64,000 nucleotides of DNA. Source: a virus. The DNA is taken from IMG/VR virus record IMGVR_UViG_3300044510_000078. One strand, given 5' to 3'. The notes beneath the pieces are model-generated. The model did not search any database. It had not been told where the DNA came from and saw nothing but the letters and a program-made list of their open reading frames with translations. Both the position numbers and the translations under genes were made by a program. This document shows, in pieces, positions 9,031 through 17,380 of this stretch (position 1 is the first letter of the stretch; every line of letters starts with the position of its first letter).

Positions 9031-9792
9031 TTAATTATTTGCTCTGGGGGTTGAGTTTGTGGTTTCCGGAACCATGAGAATTTGTATAACTGGACGAATT
9101 GGGTCGCCCAAATAGTCTCTATTATAATGCCAAGGTGGGCCAATCCCTACGTCAAAAGCGACTTTTTCTATCATTTTTTTATATGGTTTGTTGGCGAATC
9201 TTTCTGTTTTAAATAAAAAAAAGTTACTAACTCCAACAGCACAGTAAAAATCATAACTCATATCAACTGGACGTTCTATTTTTGCTCGCACTAATGATTC
9301 AATATCTAAATTACTTGCATGAAGACATTCGTGGATTATTACCAATCCAAAATCTCTCATTGCATTTAAATCGTGAATCGTCGGCGGTTTTAGAGAAGAA
9401 GTTACACCTATATAAGCTCGCCAAGATTCCCTGTATTCATAAAAAACCGTCATGCCAAGTAAAGAAGAATTTGTCCCCATGCTTCTCAACATATCGTCTG
9501 ACCAATACATATTCTGGTAATTACAATTATAACGAAGTCCAGAAATATTTTCAATAAATGAAACCGCTAGTTTGGCAAGTTCTATATCTTCATTTGAAAA
9601 TTTCCTCGAAAATGTCCAATTTATCTTAGAAAATTCATCAATAGAAATTGATTGAATTTTTACGTCTGACATTTTTTTACCTGTTACGTCAGCCAATTGA
9701 ACGAAATTTGGGTTTGGACTTAATGGAATGATAATTTCACGCTTTGAACATCCGACAAACATTAAAATAAACGCCAAAAAAAGACTCTTCAT
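9031..9792 (-). CDS. putative lipoprotein zinc metallopeptidase
   Basis: Signal peptide ending FVGC; IIHECLH (HExxH). Confidence 0.55.
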   Translation of the reverse strand: MKSLFLAFILMFVGCSKREIIIPLSPNPNFVQLADVTGKKMSDVKIQSISIDEFSKINWTFSRKFSNEDIELAKLAVSFIENISGLRYNCNYQNMYWSDDMLRSMGTNSSLLGMTVFYEYRESWRAYIGVTSSLKPPTIHDLNAMRDFGLVIIHECLHASNLDIESLVRAKIERPVDMSYDFYCAVGVSNFFLFKTERFANKPYKKMIEKVAFDVGIGPPWHYNRDYLGDPIRPVIQILMVPETTNSTPRANN

Positions 9793-9828
9793 AAATTATG
9801 ATAGTGTCATTTTATGATTTATATTAGA

Positions 9829-10023
9829 TTATAAATACCCATAAGAGCCTCCGCAAACGGGGCAATATAATCCTTTAATTTTTATAACAAAGAAACCGTT
9901 TGTAGTTTGAAACGAGTCCCCAAGTTTCATGCGTTTTAATTTGGCTTTATTACATTGCCAATTTGTGCATTTTATTTTATTAGCGGTATTCATGTCTGAG
10001 TAGTCTCCACCTCTTTGAGTCAA
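9829..10023 (-). CDS. small zinc-finger protein
   Basis: CTNWQC...CPVCG. Confidence 0.55.
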   Translation of the reverse strand: MTQRGGDYSDMNTANKIKCTNWQCNKAKLKRMKLGDSFQTTNGFFVIKIKGLYCPVCGGSYGYL

Positions 10024-10516
10024 TTTCTACTTGACCAGAATCAATTTTTTTTATCATTTCTAAAACTTCTTCCAATGAATTATAGATATACTTGTGAGGT
10101 AGCTGCCCCATTATCCAAAATGGCGTGTGTTGTTTGCCGCCCTCAATAAAAACAAAAATTGGTTTTTTCATTCTTACAAAAGTTGTTAATTCTTCTGCGC
10201 TTCCCCAAGAAGCGACCTTGGGTATTATCTGAACGATGGCGAAATCGCTAACGTCGCAAAGCCTCAAGTCGTCAGACCTAACTTGTTTCATTCTTTCTGC
10301 AACTTTGTCGTATTCTTTAGCGTTCATCCAGCTTTGGAGTTGTTGGCGAGCCTCTTCGTCTTCTTTGATTTCGTTAATAAAGGGCTTTTGATAAGGATTA
10401 AAAACCTTTATACCTAAAGGACTCAAAGAGTCAATAACACGCTGCCGCCAATTTTGGCCATCTGCATACTGCATGGTTCCTACAACATAGACCCTTGTGT
10501 TTTTTAGTAAATTCAT
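9980..10516 (-). CDS. nucleoside 2-deoxyribosyltransferase-like protein
   Basis: VYVVGTM, NWRQ, KVFNP, DLRLCD.SD, WGSAEE. Confidence 0.7.
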   Translation of the reverse strand: MNLLKNTRVYVVGTMQYADGQNWRQRVIDSLSPLGIKVFNPYQKPFINEIKEDEEARQQLQSWMNAKEYDKVAERMKQVRSDDLRLCDVSDFAIVQIIPKVASWGSAEELTTFVRMKKPIFVFIEGGKQHTPFWIMGQLPHKYIYNSLEEVLEMIKKIDSGQVEIDSKRWRLLRHEYR

Positions 10517-10520
10517 AAAA

Positions 10521-10769
10521 TTAACTTGGGACAGCCGGAATATCCATCCAATATTTAATATCTTTAGGACAGATTCTTTGCCCGCGACGAGTCATATAAG
10601 GCTCTCCGTTTTCGTCAGTAACGCGACCGAAAAATTTACAAGTGGCTCCCATATCTATGATATTATGATTGTCAACCCAAAGGAATAATCCATTTGGTTT
10701 TGCGTCTGAAAGCTTAGTCCAAGTAGTGCGTTGCATATTCTTTAATTTGTCAAAGCGGTTCCTCTCCAA
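10521..10769 (-). CDS. hypothetical protein
   Basis: 82-aa ORF ending YWMDIP. Confidence 0.6.
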   Translation of the reverse strand: MERNRFDKLKNMQRTTWTKLSDAKPNGLFLWVDNHNIIDMGATCKFFGRVTDENGEPYMTRRGQRICPKDIKYWMDIPAVPS

Positions 10770-11004
10770 AAATTTCTCGAAGGGCTTGCTCTTCTTTAAG
10801 AGAAACGTCTTTATATTCTTCTGGAAGCGCGGCTCTAATTTGCTCGCGGTCTTGCGTTTTTAACCATTCGCCAAATTTATCAAAATCGGCACTGCATTTT
10901 TCACAACTTTGAGCGTTACAATAAGTCCCCGTGCAATAAGGACATCCAATAATCAAAGTCCGACAGTGGCCGCAATATTTTATTTCATAATTTTTAAATT
11001 TCAA
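10750..11004 (-). CDS. Cys-rich zinc-binding hypothetical protein
   Basis: CGHC, CPYC, C..C..C. Confidence 0.6.
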   Translation of the reverse strand: MKFKNYEIKYCGHCRTLIIGCPYCTGTYCNAQSCEKCSADFDKFGEWLKTQDREQIRAALPEEYKDVSLKEEQALREIFGEEPL

Positions 11005-11029
11005 TTAAAACCTCCTAAGAGAAAGGGTT

Positions 11030-11542
11030 CTATTTTTTATTTCTAAAATCTGCCATTGCTATTCCAGCAGCGGTGGAAACATTTATAGACCTGACTGTTC
11101 CGTATGCTGGAATTGTAACAATATTTTGGCATTTTGTCAAGACTTCATCAGGAAGTCCAAGCGTTTCTTCTCCAACAATCAAACATGGGCTGTTTGGCCA
11201 TTTAAATTCAAATAAATTTTCTGATTTGAATTTTATATTATTTTCTAGGGCTATTGGCGTATAGCGATTTTGAATATATGTAAAAAATTCTTGAATTGTC
11301 TTAAAATGAGTCAGTGGAGTATAATGATATGTTCCAACTGCCGCTCTCTTATCCCATCTTTTACTTCCGCCAATATAAAACGCTTCTCTAAATCCAAAAA
11401 AATTAGCATTTCTTAAAACAGAACCTAAATTAAAATCTCCAGAAACATGAGTCATAGCTACGGCAGCAGGAACAGATTTGTAAGCGTAATCTCCACAAAT
11501 AGCTTCGACTTCCATGTTTTTGTAATGGTCAAGGACATTCAT
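11030..11542 (-). CDS. SpoU/TrmH family RNA 2'-O-methyltransferase
   Basis: NLGSVLRNA, LIVGEETLGL, IPAYGTVRSINVSTAAGI (SPOUT motifs). Confidence 0.88.
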   Translation of the reverse strand: MNVLDHYKNMEVEAICGDYAYKSVPAAVAMTHVSGDFNLGSVLRNANFFGFREAFYIGGSKRWDKRAAVGTYHYTPLTHFKTIQEFFTYIQNRYTPIALENNIKFKSENLFEFKWPNSPCLIVGEETLGLPDEVLTKCQNIVTIPAYGTVRSINVSTAAGIAMADFRNKK

Positions 11543-11720
11543 AAATAACTACAATTTCTGGCCAATCGCCTTCGTAGTAACAATTACTAAAATCTAACCT
11601 AAAAATGAATTTTTTCAAATTCTTTAGAAGATACATCAGCTTCTTTTAGCTGTTCTAGGATGTGCTAAGGAGCGGCAATTGATTCCTTTTTTAGTAGTTT
11701 TATTTTTCTGCTTTTTTCAT
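11529..11720 (-). pseudogene. degraded small ORF (about 63 aa if repaired)
   Basis: MKKAEKIKLL...CYYEGDWPEIVVIYECP is readable only after two homopolymer indels and one in-frame TAG (11665-11667). Confidence 0.3.
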
Positions 11721-11795
11721 ATAAATTATGGAACAAAATTTAAATTACTAATTATCATTTTCGATATAGAGTGAGAAACGTGCGGTAGAAATTTT

Positions 11796-12412
11796 TTAAT
11801 TGTTCTTATTTTTGCTCGATTTTCCAAGTCTCTTGTCGAAAAGAGCCATGAATTCCGTTTTATTGAGAATAAAGCCAGTATTGTGTTGCAAGTCTAAAAC
11901 CTCGTCTATCCAATAGATTTTTTCTACAATTGTTTTTATTGACTCGGCTTTTAGCAGCATCGAAGCTGCGTCCTTCCATTTGGACCTCCAAAACAGGCTC
12001 TCCACATTTCTTCATGTGAAAAAAGCCAAATGATAAAGGTAATTTGGAATTTTAGCTTTTGCGGTTTTTAAATTTGTGTTTAAATTTTTTTGCCCATTTA
12101 AGTCGTGACTCTTCATCTGTGCCATCATTTTTATTCTCAAATCTTGAGCCAAAGACATACTTTCCTTCGCACTCAACAGACCTCCTTAGCGCGTCGTAAA
12201 CGGCAGCGTAGAAATTTTCTACCAACGGTTCAAAGACTCGCTTTATTTTTTTGTTCCCGATTGTATGTAAAAATTTGGATATTATTATTAGAATATGCCT
12301 CCCTGCCACAAATCCAAAAATACAAATGATTTAAGGCATAAAAATCATAAAACGTCTTTAAAATATTTCTTGCATGAAAGGCGTGGTTTTTTCTCCTAAG
12401 ACCTTTTCTCAT
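11796..12412 (-). pseudogene. frameshifted hypothetical phage protein (about 205 aa if repaired)
   Basis: Three track ORFs join into one frame by 1-nt indels at runs 12246-12252, 12065-12069 and 11979-11981, giving ...FYDFYAL...FGGPKWKDAA...LDLQHNTGFILNK. Confidence 0.5.
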
Positions 12413-12420
12413 ATATCACA

Positions 12421-12448
12421 ATTCTATTATGAGTCTATAGAAAGTCAA
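12421..12448 (-). promoter_or_regulatory. sigma70-type promoter
   Basis: TTGACT-16-TAGAAT, 8 nt before ATG 12412. Confidence 0.55.
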
Positions 12449-12449
12449 G

Positions 12450-12482
12450 AAAAAACGCGGCGAGAGAAAGGTTCCCACCGCG
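12450..12482 (-). terminator. intrinsic terminator after DUF2828 gene
   Basis: CGCGGTGGGA/TCTCGCCGCG 10-bp stem followed by T6. Confidence 0.8.
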
Positions 12483-12484
12483 CA

Positions 12485-12529
12485 GATTATATTGCTATTT
12501 GTATTTACTTGTGACAGCGCAACATAATC
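12485..12529 (-). other. 3' UTR hairpin whose arms are antisense to the upstream ACAGCA elements
   Basis: GATTATGTTGC/GCAATATAATC 11-bp stem. Confidence 0.55.
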
Positions 12530-12538
12530 GAAACTTCA

Positions 12539-14059
12539 TTAAACTCCCAAAGCTTTATATCTTTCGGAGTTTAATACCTTTAGCATGAATTGATATGGAG
12601 TTGTTCCATTCATTACGTATTGGAAGACGCTTGGAGAACATCCGCTTAGTAAAACAACTCCTACATCATTCGTTTTAGCGGGAGACTGTCCAACTGTCGC
12701 ATTTACGTTCCAAAAAACTAACTTAGGCATAGAATATCCGAAGTTTTTATATTGACGAGCTATTTCTTTAAAATTTGTTGCGTCATTGTTGCTTGTAGCG
12801 GCGTCAAACTGCATATCAGAAACAATATAAATCACAGACGGCATTTCTTTTGCTGGGACTTTATTTGCCTTAGCTGTATTTAAAATACGATTAAAAACAG
12901 ACTGCAAATTTGTATTCATCCCCCAATCTGCGTCATTAATATTGTTTATCTTTTCTTTAATTGTTGAGCCTTCTACTTTGACCAATTCAGACTCAGCAGA
13001 AAACGTCATAAAATAACCGTTAAATGCTCCAACATTCTTTTCGGCAAAATACAAAGCCAAAGACACAGATACATCAATTGGGGCTACCGAACCTTTAGTA
13101 GAGGTCATTGAACCGGACACATCAGCAACCACCAAGCCATTGTGGGGGTTTTCAGCCAAAAAGTCTGGCAAATTATTCCACAACAATTCAAGAGTTTTTG
13201 AATCGTCGCCCTTACGTAATTTAGCTACAACGTCATAAGGATAAAGCGCCCCGGCGTTTACTTTGGCTTCTCCTTTTTCTACGGCAGACTGCCAAGTTTG
13301 GTAGCCATCGGCATCGTGGCGAGCAAAAGCTTTACAATAAATCATTGAGGCGCGAGAAGGCACCTGTTCATAATTTATGACATTCCAATTTCCGCCGCAC
13401 ATCTTTTGTTCTACAACATTTAAATAAGAACGCAAATAACTAAGCGTGTGACGATATTTCTTTTCAGAAAATCCTAAGTCTTTCGCCAGCATTTTAGCGA
13501 GCTTAACGGTTTCTTTGCTGGAGGTATTGATAGAAGGCATCCATTTTGCTAACAATGAAACGGATGATTTCTTGTTGTTTTCAACTGCGATATTCCAGTC
13601 TTTGATAAGTTGTTTTTTAAGTAAATGGACCACATGAGGCCAAACAATTAAATTTCCTTTAAGCGCAAACAAATCATCCCAACGTCCATAAAACGGAACA
13701 TTTTTTAAATTACGAATAACCAAATCTGGATAATTCTTAGCGAGGGCATTTAAGCCAACCCTAAAAGTTCTGCGTTCTCCCTGTCCTCCTCTTATGTCTC
13801 GAAGATAAAAAAGACATTTAAATGCCAACTCAAGATTTTCCTTTGCGGCATTTGAAACTAAATCAACAATGACTTCTTCTGAATTTTGACGCAAAGCACC
13901 ACCTTGCGAAAATAAATCCAAAACATCTGAATTCGATGTAACTGGTGTTAGAGCGCCATTTTCCGTTGTGGTAAATGTTTGTGAGCGAACGGTTTTCTTC
14001 CGTTCGTATGCTGTCACTCCCCCTTGCTCTTTGGTGATTGCCTTTATTAGTTTATTCAT
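12539..14059 (-). CDS. DUF2828 family protein (TROVE-like ring plus vWA; Ro60-related)
   Basis: TTENGA, LFYLRDIRGGQGERRTF, YGRWDDL, AKWMP, MIDAS-like VADVSGSM, IVSDMQFD, FWNVN. Confidence 0.88.
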   Translation of the reverse strand: MNKLIKAITKEQGGVTAYERKKTVRSQTFTTTENGALTPVTSNSDVLDLFSQGGALRQNSEEVIVDLVSNAAKENLELAFKCLFYLRDIRGGQGERRTFRVGLNALAKNYPDLVIRNLKNVPFYGRWDDLFALKGNLIVWPHVVHLLKKQLIKDWNIAVENNKKSSVSLLAKWMPSINTSSKETVKLAKMLAKDLGFSEKKYRHTLSYLRSYLNVVEQKMCGGNWNVINYEQVPSRASMIYCKAFARHDADGYQTWQSAVEKGEAKVNAGALYPYDVVAKLRKGDDSKTLELLWNNLPDFLAENPHNGLVVADVSGSMTSTKGSVAPIDVSVSLALYFAEKNVGAFNGYFMTFSAESELVKVEGSTIKEKINNINDADWGMNTNLQSVFNRILNTAKANKVPAKEMPSVIYIVSDMQFDAATSNNDATNFKEIARQYKNFGYSMPKLVFWNVNATVGQSPAKTNDVGVVLLSGCSPSVFQYVMNGTTPYQFMLKVLNSERYKALGV

Positions 14060-14082
14060 TTTTTACCTTTCTTTAAAAAATC

Positions 14083-14134
14083 AAGACGCCCCTTTGTATG
14101 GGCTATACATATTTTAAGTTGCTGTAGGCACCTT
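14083..14134 (-). ncRNA. putative structured RNA element 2 (ACAGCA-loop hairpin, 52 nt)
   Basis: Outer stem AAGGTGCC/GGCGTCTT, loop TACAGCAACTTAA, inner hairpin TGTAT-AGCCC-ATACA. Confidence 0.6.
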
Positions 14135-14143
14135 TCATTAAAC

Positions 14144-14195
14144 ACGATACGTTTTTTTCTATGTTGAGGTAGATATAATCTGCTGTTAGTATCGT
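14144..14195 (-). ncRNA. putative structured RNA element 1 (ACAGCA-loop hairpin, 52 nt)
   Basis: Outer stem ACGATAC/GTATCGT starting at the predicted TSS, loop TAACAGCAGATTATA, inner hairpin TCTA-8nt-TAGA. Confidence 0.6.
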
Positions 14196-14201
14196 AACAT
14201 T

Positions 14202-14230
14202 ATTCTAGTAGGGTCTTGTAGATTTGTCAA
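14202..14230 (-). promoter_or_regulatory. sigma70-type promoter for ACAGCA elements and DUF2828
   Basis: TTGACA-17-TAGAAT; element 1 begins 6 nt downstream. Confidence 0.8.
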
Positions 14231-14255
14231 ATCTTTTTTCCAGAAATCAATAAAA

Positions 14256-14263
14256 AGTGTAAT
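14256..14263 (+). promoter_or_regulatory. AGTGTAAT motif (candidate phage-sigma/late promoter)
   Basis: Identical 8-mer lies 2-8 nt before four start codons in the window. Confidence 0.5.
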
Positions 14264-14265
14264 TT

Positions 14266-14594
14266 ATGAGGGTAAAGATTATGGTTTTGGATATAGTGGG
14301 GCCGTTGGATACGTCGCTTCTGGAGATTTTACGAGTGGACAATTCTTAACGCCAACCAATGCGGACAAAAAAACTGTTATTTCTGATATTTTCTTATCAT
14401 CTCAATTGTCTAATATCTTTACAATTACCGATAATGCTGGCGCAAATTATGCGAAACTTTATGTTCCATCAGAAGGCTCAATGCAAATTACTCCAAGACT
14501 ACAAATTAAATTAGACCAAAATACAAGATTGAAAGTGACCTCCGACGCTACTGGTAATGCGTCTTGTTCTGTTTTTTATTTCTTAGATAACTAA
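14266..14594 (+). pseudogene. small virion-like protein with 1-nt frameshift (109 aa if repaired)
   Basis: Adding one A at 14274-14276 joins ATG 14266 to the open frame ending at 14594 (MRVKDYGFGYSGAVG...SVFYFLDN). Confidence 0.5.
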
Positions 14595-14603
14595 AGAAGA
14601 ATT

Positions 14604-14726
14604 ATGTATCGTATTTTCCATTCAAGGTTATTGCTATGGGGCAATTCTTTACGAGTTTTGCTGCTAGAAAGAACTCCTTCTGAAGCAATATTGACAGAAA
14701 ATAATTTGCCATTCTTACTCGAATAA
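14604..14726 (+). CDS. 40-aa hypothetical protein (...AILTENNLPFLLE)
   Basis: Manual translation; fills the gap in the plus-strand mini-operon. Confidence 0.45.
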   Translation: MYRIFHSRLLLWGNSLRVLLLERTPSEAILTENNLPFLLE

Positions 14727-14728
14727 CT

Positions 14729-14993
14729 ATGACAACTAAAGTAAAAGAATTTCAAGTCGAAGTAGATGTATATAACGGAGCAACTGGCCCTACTGGGCCA
14801 ACCGGGGCGACCGAACCCCGCGCAAACCGCATCTGGCAACCACGGCGGCGTGACCATTGCCGAGTATTACAACGGCGGTGGACTGGCCTCCAACATTCAT
14901 GTTACCGAGCTTCTGCTTTACGGAGTGAACCATACATCCGAGCAGGCAGACGAGGTGTTTGATTACCTGAACGACAAGTTTGCGGTTTACTAA
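14729..14993 (+). pseudogene. chimeric remnant: collagen-like N-terminus joined out of frame to the C-terminus of a LamG-like virion protein
   Basis: GATGPTGPTGAT in one frame; TELLLYG...EVFDYLNDKF in another; locally GC-rich. Confidence 0.55.
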
Positions 14994-15026
14994 AACCTCT
15001 GAGCGATTCCCGTAGAGATGACGGAT

Positions 15027-15500
15027 TTAAAGCTTACAAACAAACAAATCTTGTGCCATTTGTGAATGAGAAGAATCTTCAAAAAAATACTCAAAAATTG
15101 AACGCACGATTTTCCATTCTCCACCAGCAAGGCTACAACCAATTTTATATGGGATTGCAACTTTTTTTATTCCAAGTTGAATGGTGTCTTTTTGCGCGAG
15201 TTCAATTGATTGATAGAAGGCTTCGTAGTTTAATTGACGGGAGTTTCTAGCGAAACTTCCATAATGATACTGTCCATAGAGATTATATATCATTTTTTCA
15301 TCTTTTGTTTTAGCAGATGAAAACTTACCTAACTTACCTTTGTCTCCACAAACGGTCCGACTATCGGCACCAAAGGCTTCTGGATATTTTGATTTAACGC
15401 TCAATGCGACCCCCGCCCCCATCGTATTAAAGCAATTACAGCAATGAAAGACCGCTCCAACTGGAATCTCCAATACGTCAAAGTTTACTTCTGTAATCAT
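15027..15500 (-). CDS. Macro-domain protein (ADP-ribose hydrolase-like)
   Basis: HCCNCFNTMGAGVA, YNLYGQ, IGCSLAGG.W. Confidence 0.88.
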   Translation of the reverse strand: MITEVNFDVLEIPVGAVFHCCNCFNTMGAGVALSVKSKYPEAFGADSRTVCGDKGKLGKFSSAKTKDEKMIYNLYGQYHYGSFARNSRQLNYEAFYQSIELAQKDTIQLGIKKVAIPYKIGCSLAGGEWKIVRSIFEYFFEDSSHSQMAQDLFVCKL

Positions 15501-15504
15501 AATT

Positions 15505-15684
15505 TTATAGGTTGATGCTCCATAAATCAGGTCTAACTCTAAATAATTCTAAGACTTGTGATTCTTCGAGAGTTTTTTCAATTGGTAAACGCGAAAAAAA
15601 GTCAACTTCAATTTCGCCATCTTTGGCAGAAACGATGATTTCAAGCCCAATATTTGTTTTAGTTTGTTTGACTTTAAGTGTCAT
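15505..15684 (-). CDS. 59-aa hypothetical protein
   Basis: Manual translation; starts right after the AAA+ stop. Confidence 0.5.
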   Translation of the reverse strand: MTLKVKQTKTNIGLEIIVSAKDGEIEVDFFSRLPIEKTLEESQVLELFRVRPDLWSINL

Positions 15685-16809
15685 CTATCTTCCTCCAAAA
15701 CCGAATCCAACTTGTTTTTCTACTTCTTGGAAGTTATTGTTATCTCTTAAATTGTAAATTTCGCCGATGGACATTGGGGCCGTAACCTTGAATTCAAATC
15801 CTAGAGAATCTATGCATTTTTGCGCGTCTTTTATCGGCAGTTTATTGAAATAATAACGATATTTTAATCTTCCCTTCCTGAGAATTGCTTTGTCTATATT
15901 TTTTATATCAGTGTTATATGTTACTAAAAAAGTGACATTTAAAATATCATTAAGAATTCCATCTGATAAGTTCAAAATATTAAAAATCAAAGAATTATTA
16001 TCGGTATCTCTCTGTAAGATTGCTTTTTCTGCATCTTCCAAGACGAAAACTGGGCTCTCTTTCTCAGAGATAAGAGATAAAAAAGTTGGGGCAGAGAGAT
16101 TTTCCGTCATACAGCTAGGGATAAAGATGAAATCTCTATTTATTTTCGATGTTAGGTGTTTAATATAAGTAGTTTTCCCAGTTCCCGGCGGACCATCAAA
16201 AATAAAAATACCACCATTTTCATTTTGAAGTTTTTCTTTGATTTTTTGGTCATGCTCTACAAATCCTTCTCCATAATTTATTCCTAAATCAATTTTGAGT
16301 GGTTTTAATTTAAAATTGTTGATTTCCAATCCCCTACCGGCTTCAACCAAAAGTCCAATTTGATGAGATTCTTCTGTTTTTTGAGAAAACTTGTTAAATG
16401 TTTCAATTAGATGGTCTAGTTCTTTTTTTGTTGCGTTGTCTTTTAGGGCTTCGATAGGATAGTTTAAATTAACTGTCAAAAAATCTCTTTTGAAGACAGC
16501 AATAAGATAAACAAAAAAAATCTTAGATAAATCAACCCGGTAATATCTCTCTATCGAAGGGCGGCCACCGTCAAAAAAATCGTAAGATTCTTCTTTTTCT
16601 GTATCAAAGTTCAAATAGCTGTTATTATTGGCGGCATATATTAGTGAGCATCGTTTATTTTTTTCTAAAAATGATAATGTTCTATTAATATCACAATAAT
16701 TGAAACGAATTACAGATGGAGTAGTTCCATATTTCAACGCAAACTCTTGTATAAAATAACAATGCGGACTATTCGGGTCGCGGTTTATATTTTGGATAAT
16801 AGAACTCAT
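15685..16809 (-). CDS. AAA+ ATPase
   Basis: Walker A GPPGTGKT, Walker B VLEDAE, LNLSDG, AILRKGR; start reassigned to ATG 16809, 6 nt after TATAAC. Confidence 0.88.
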   Translation of the reverse strand: MSSIIQNINRDPNSPHCYFIQEFALKYGTTPSVIRFNYCDINRTLSFLEKNKRCSLIYAANNNSYLNFDTEKEESYDFFDGGRPSIERYYRVDLSKIFFVYLIAVFKRDFLTVNLNYPIEALKDNATKKELDHLIETFNKFSQKTEESHQIGLLVEAGRGLEINNFKLKPLKIDLGINYGEGFVEHDQKIKEKLQNENGGIFIFDGPPGTGKTTYIKHLTSKINRDFIFIPSCMTENLSAPTFLSLISEKESPVFVLEDAEKAILQRDTDNNSLIFNILNLSDGILNDILNVTFLVTYNTDIKNIDKAILRKGRLKYRYYFNKLPIKDAQKCIDSLGFEFKVTAPMSIGEIYNLRDNNNFQEVEKQVGFGFGGR

Positions 16810-16852
16810 ATTACTGTTATAAGGTATTGTTTTTGGGAAAACCAAGCTTTTT

Positions 16853-17083
16853 CTACGAATAGTCCGTGCCAAATCTATACAAATTAACTAAATTTAAAAA
16901 GATATTTGCATTTTGGGGCGTTTTTTCTCTGTGAACTCTATATTTATCAGAAGAACAAGAGGGCGAACTTCTAAAAATTGAAGTTAATGCTCCTAATTGT
17001 TCGGTCGCCCAACTCCATTCTTCGTCGTCATAGGCCCACATCAGGGCTGTGATTTCTCCAAAAAGTTTTTGTTTTTCGTTCAT
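16853..17083 (-). CDS. hypothetical protein
   Basis: 76-aa ORF. Confidence 0.5.
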   Translation of the reverse strand: MNEKQKLFGEITALMWAYDDEEWSWATEQLGALTSIFRSSPSCSSDKYRVHREKTPQNANIFLNLVNLYRFGTDYS

Positions 17084-17099
17084 TACTGGAATTTAAGAA

Positions 17100-17353
17100 C
17101 TAATATCCTGATTGACTATCTTCCTGACATCCTCTCGTGCAGAAAAAAATATATACAATAATTCCCAATAAACAAACCATTGTAGATAAACAAAATCCTA
17201 CACTTATATAAGTAATACGCAAATTGCCGGTTTCAGAAACGGTCGGAGAGTCAAGAACCAAATTTTGAGCGAAACATCCGACATAATTAAAAAATATACA
17301 GCTATTATCGTTAAAAACAAATAAAAAGCAAATTTTAGAAAAGGATTCTTCAT
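17100..17353 (-). pseudogene. two-TM membrane protein with 1-nt frameshift (84 aa if repaired)
   Basis: One extra T at run 17289-17294 joins MKNPFLKFAF... to ...LLGIIVYIFFC... Confidence 0.45.
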
Positions 17354-17380
17354 AAGAAGAGTTTATCGAAAAATTATTGT

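Noticed and set aside
14083-14195. ACAGCA elements as CRISPR repeats, Y RNA (YrlA-type) or tRNA anticodon mimics
   Set aside because: Only 6 nt are identical; there is no tRNA-like T arm; inner loops are 8 and 5 nt, not canonical 7-nt anticodon loops. Kept as an unclassified RNA motif.
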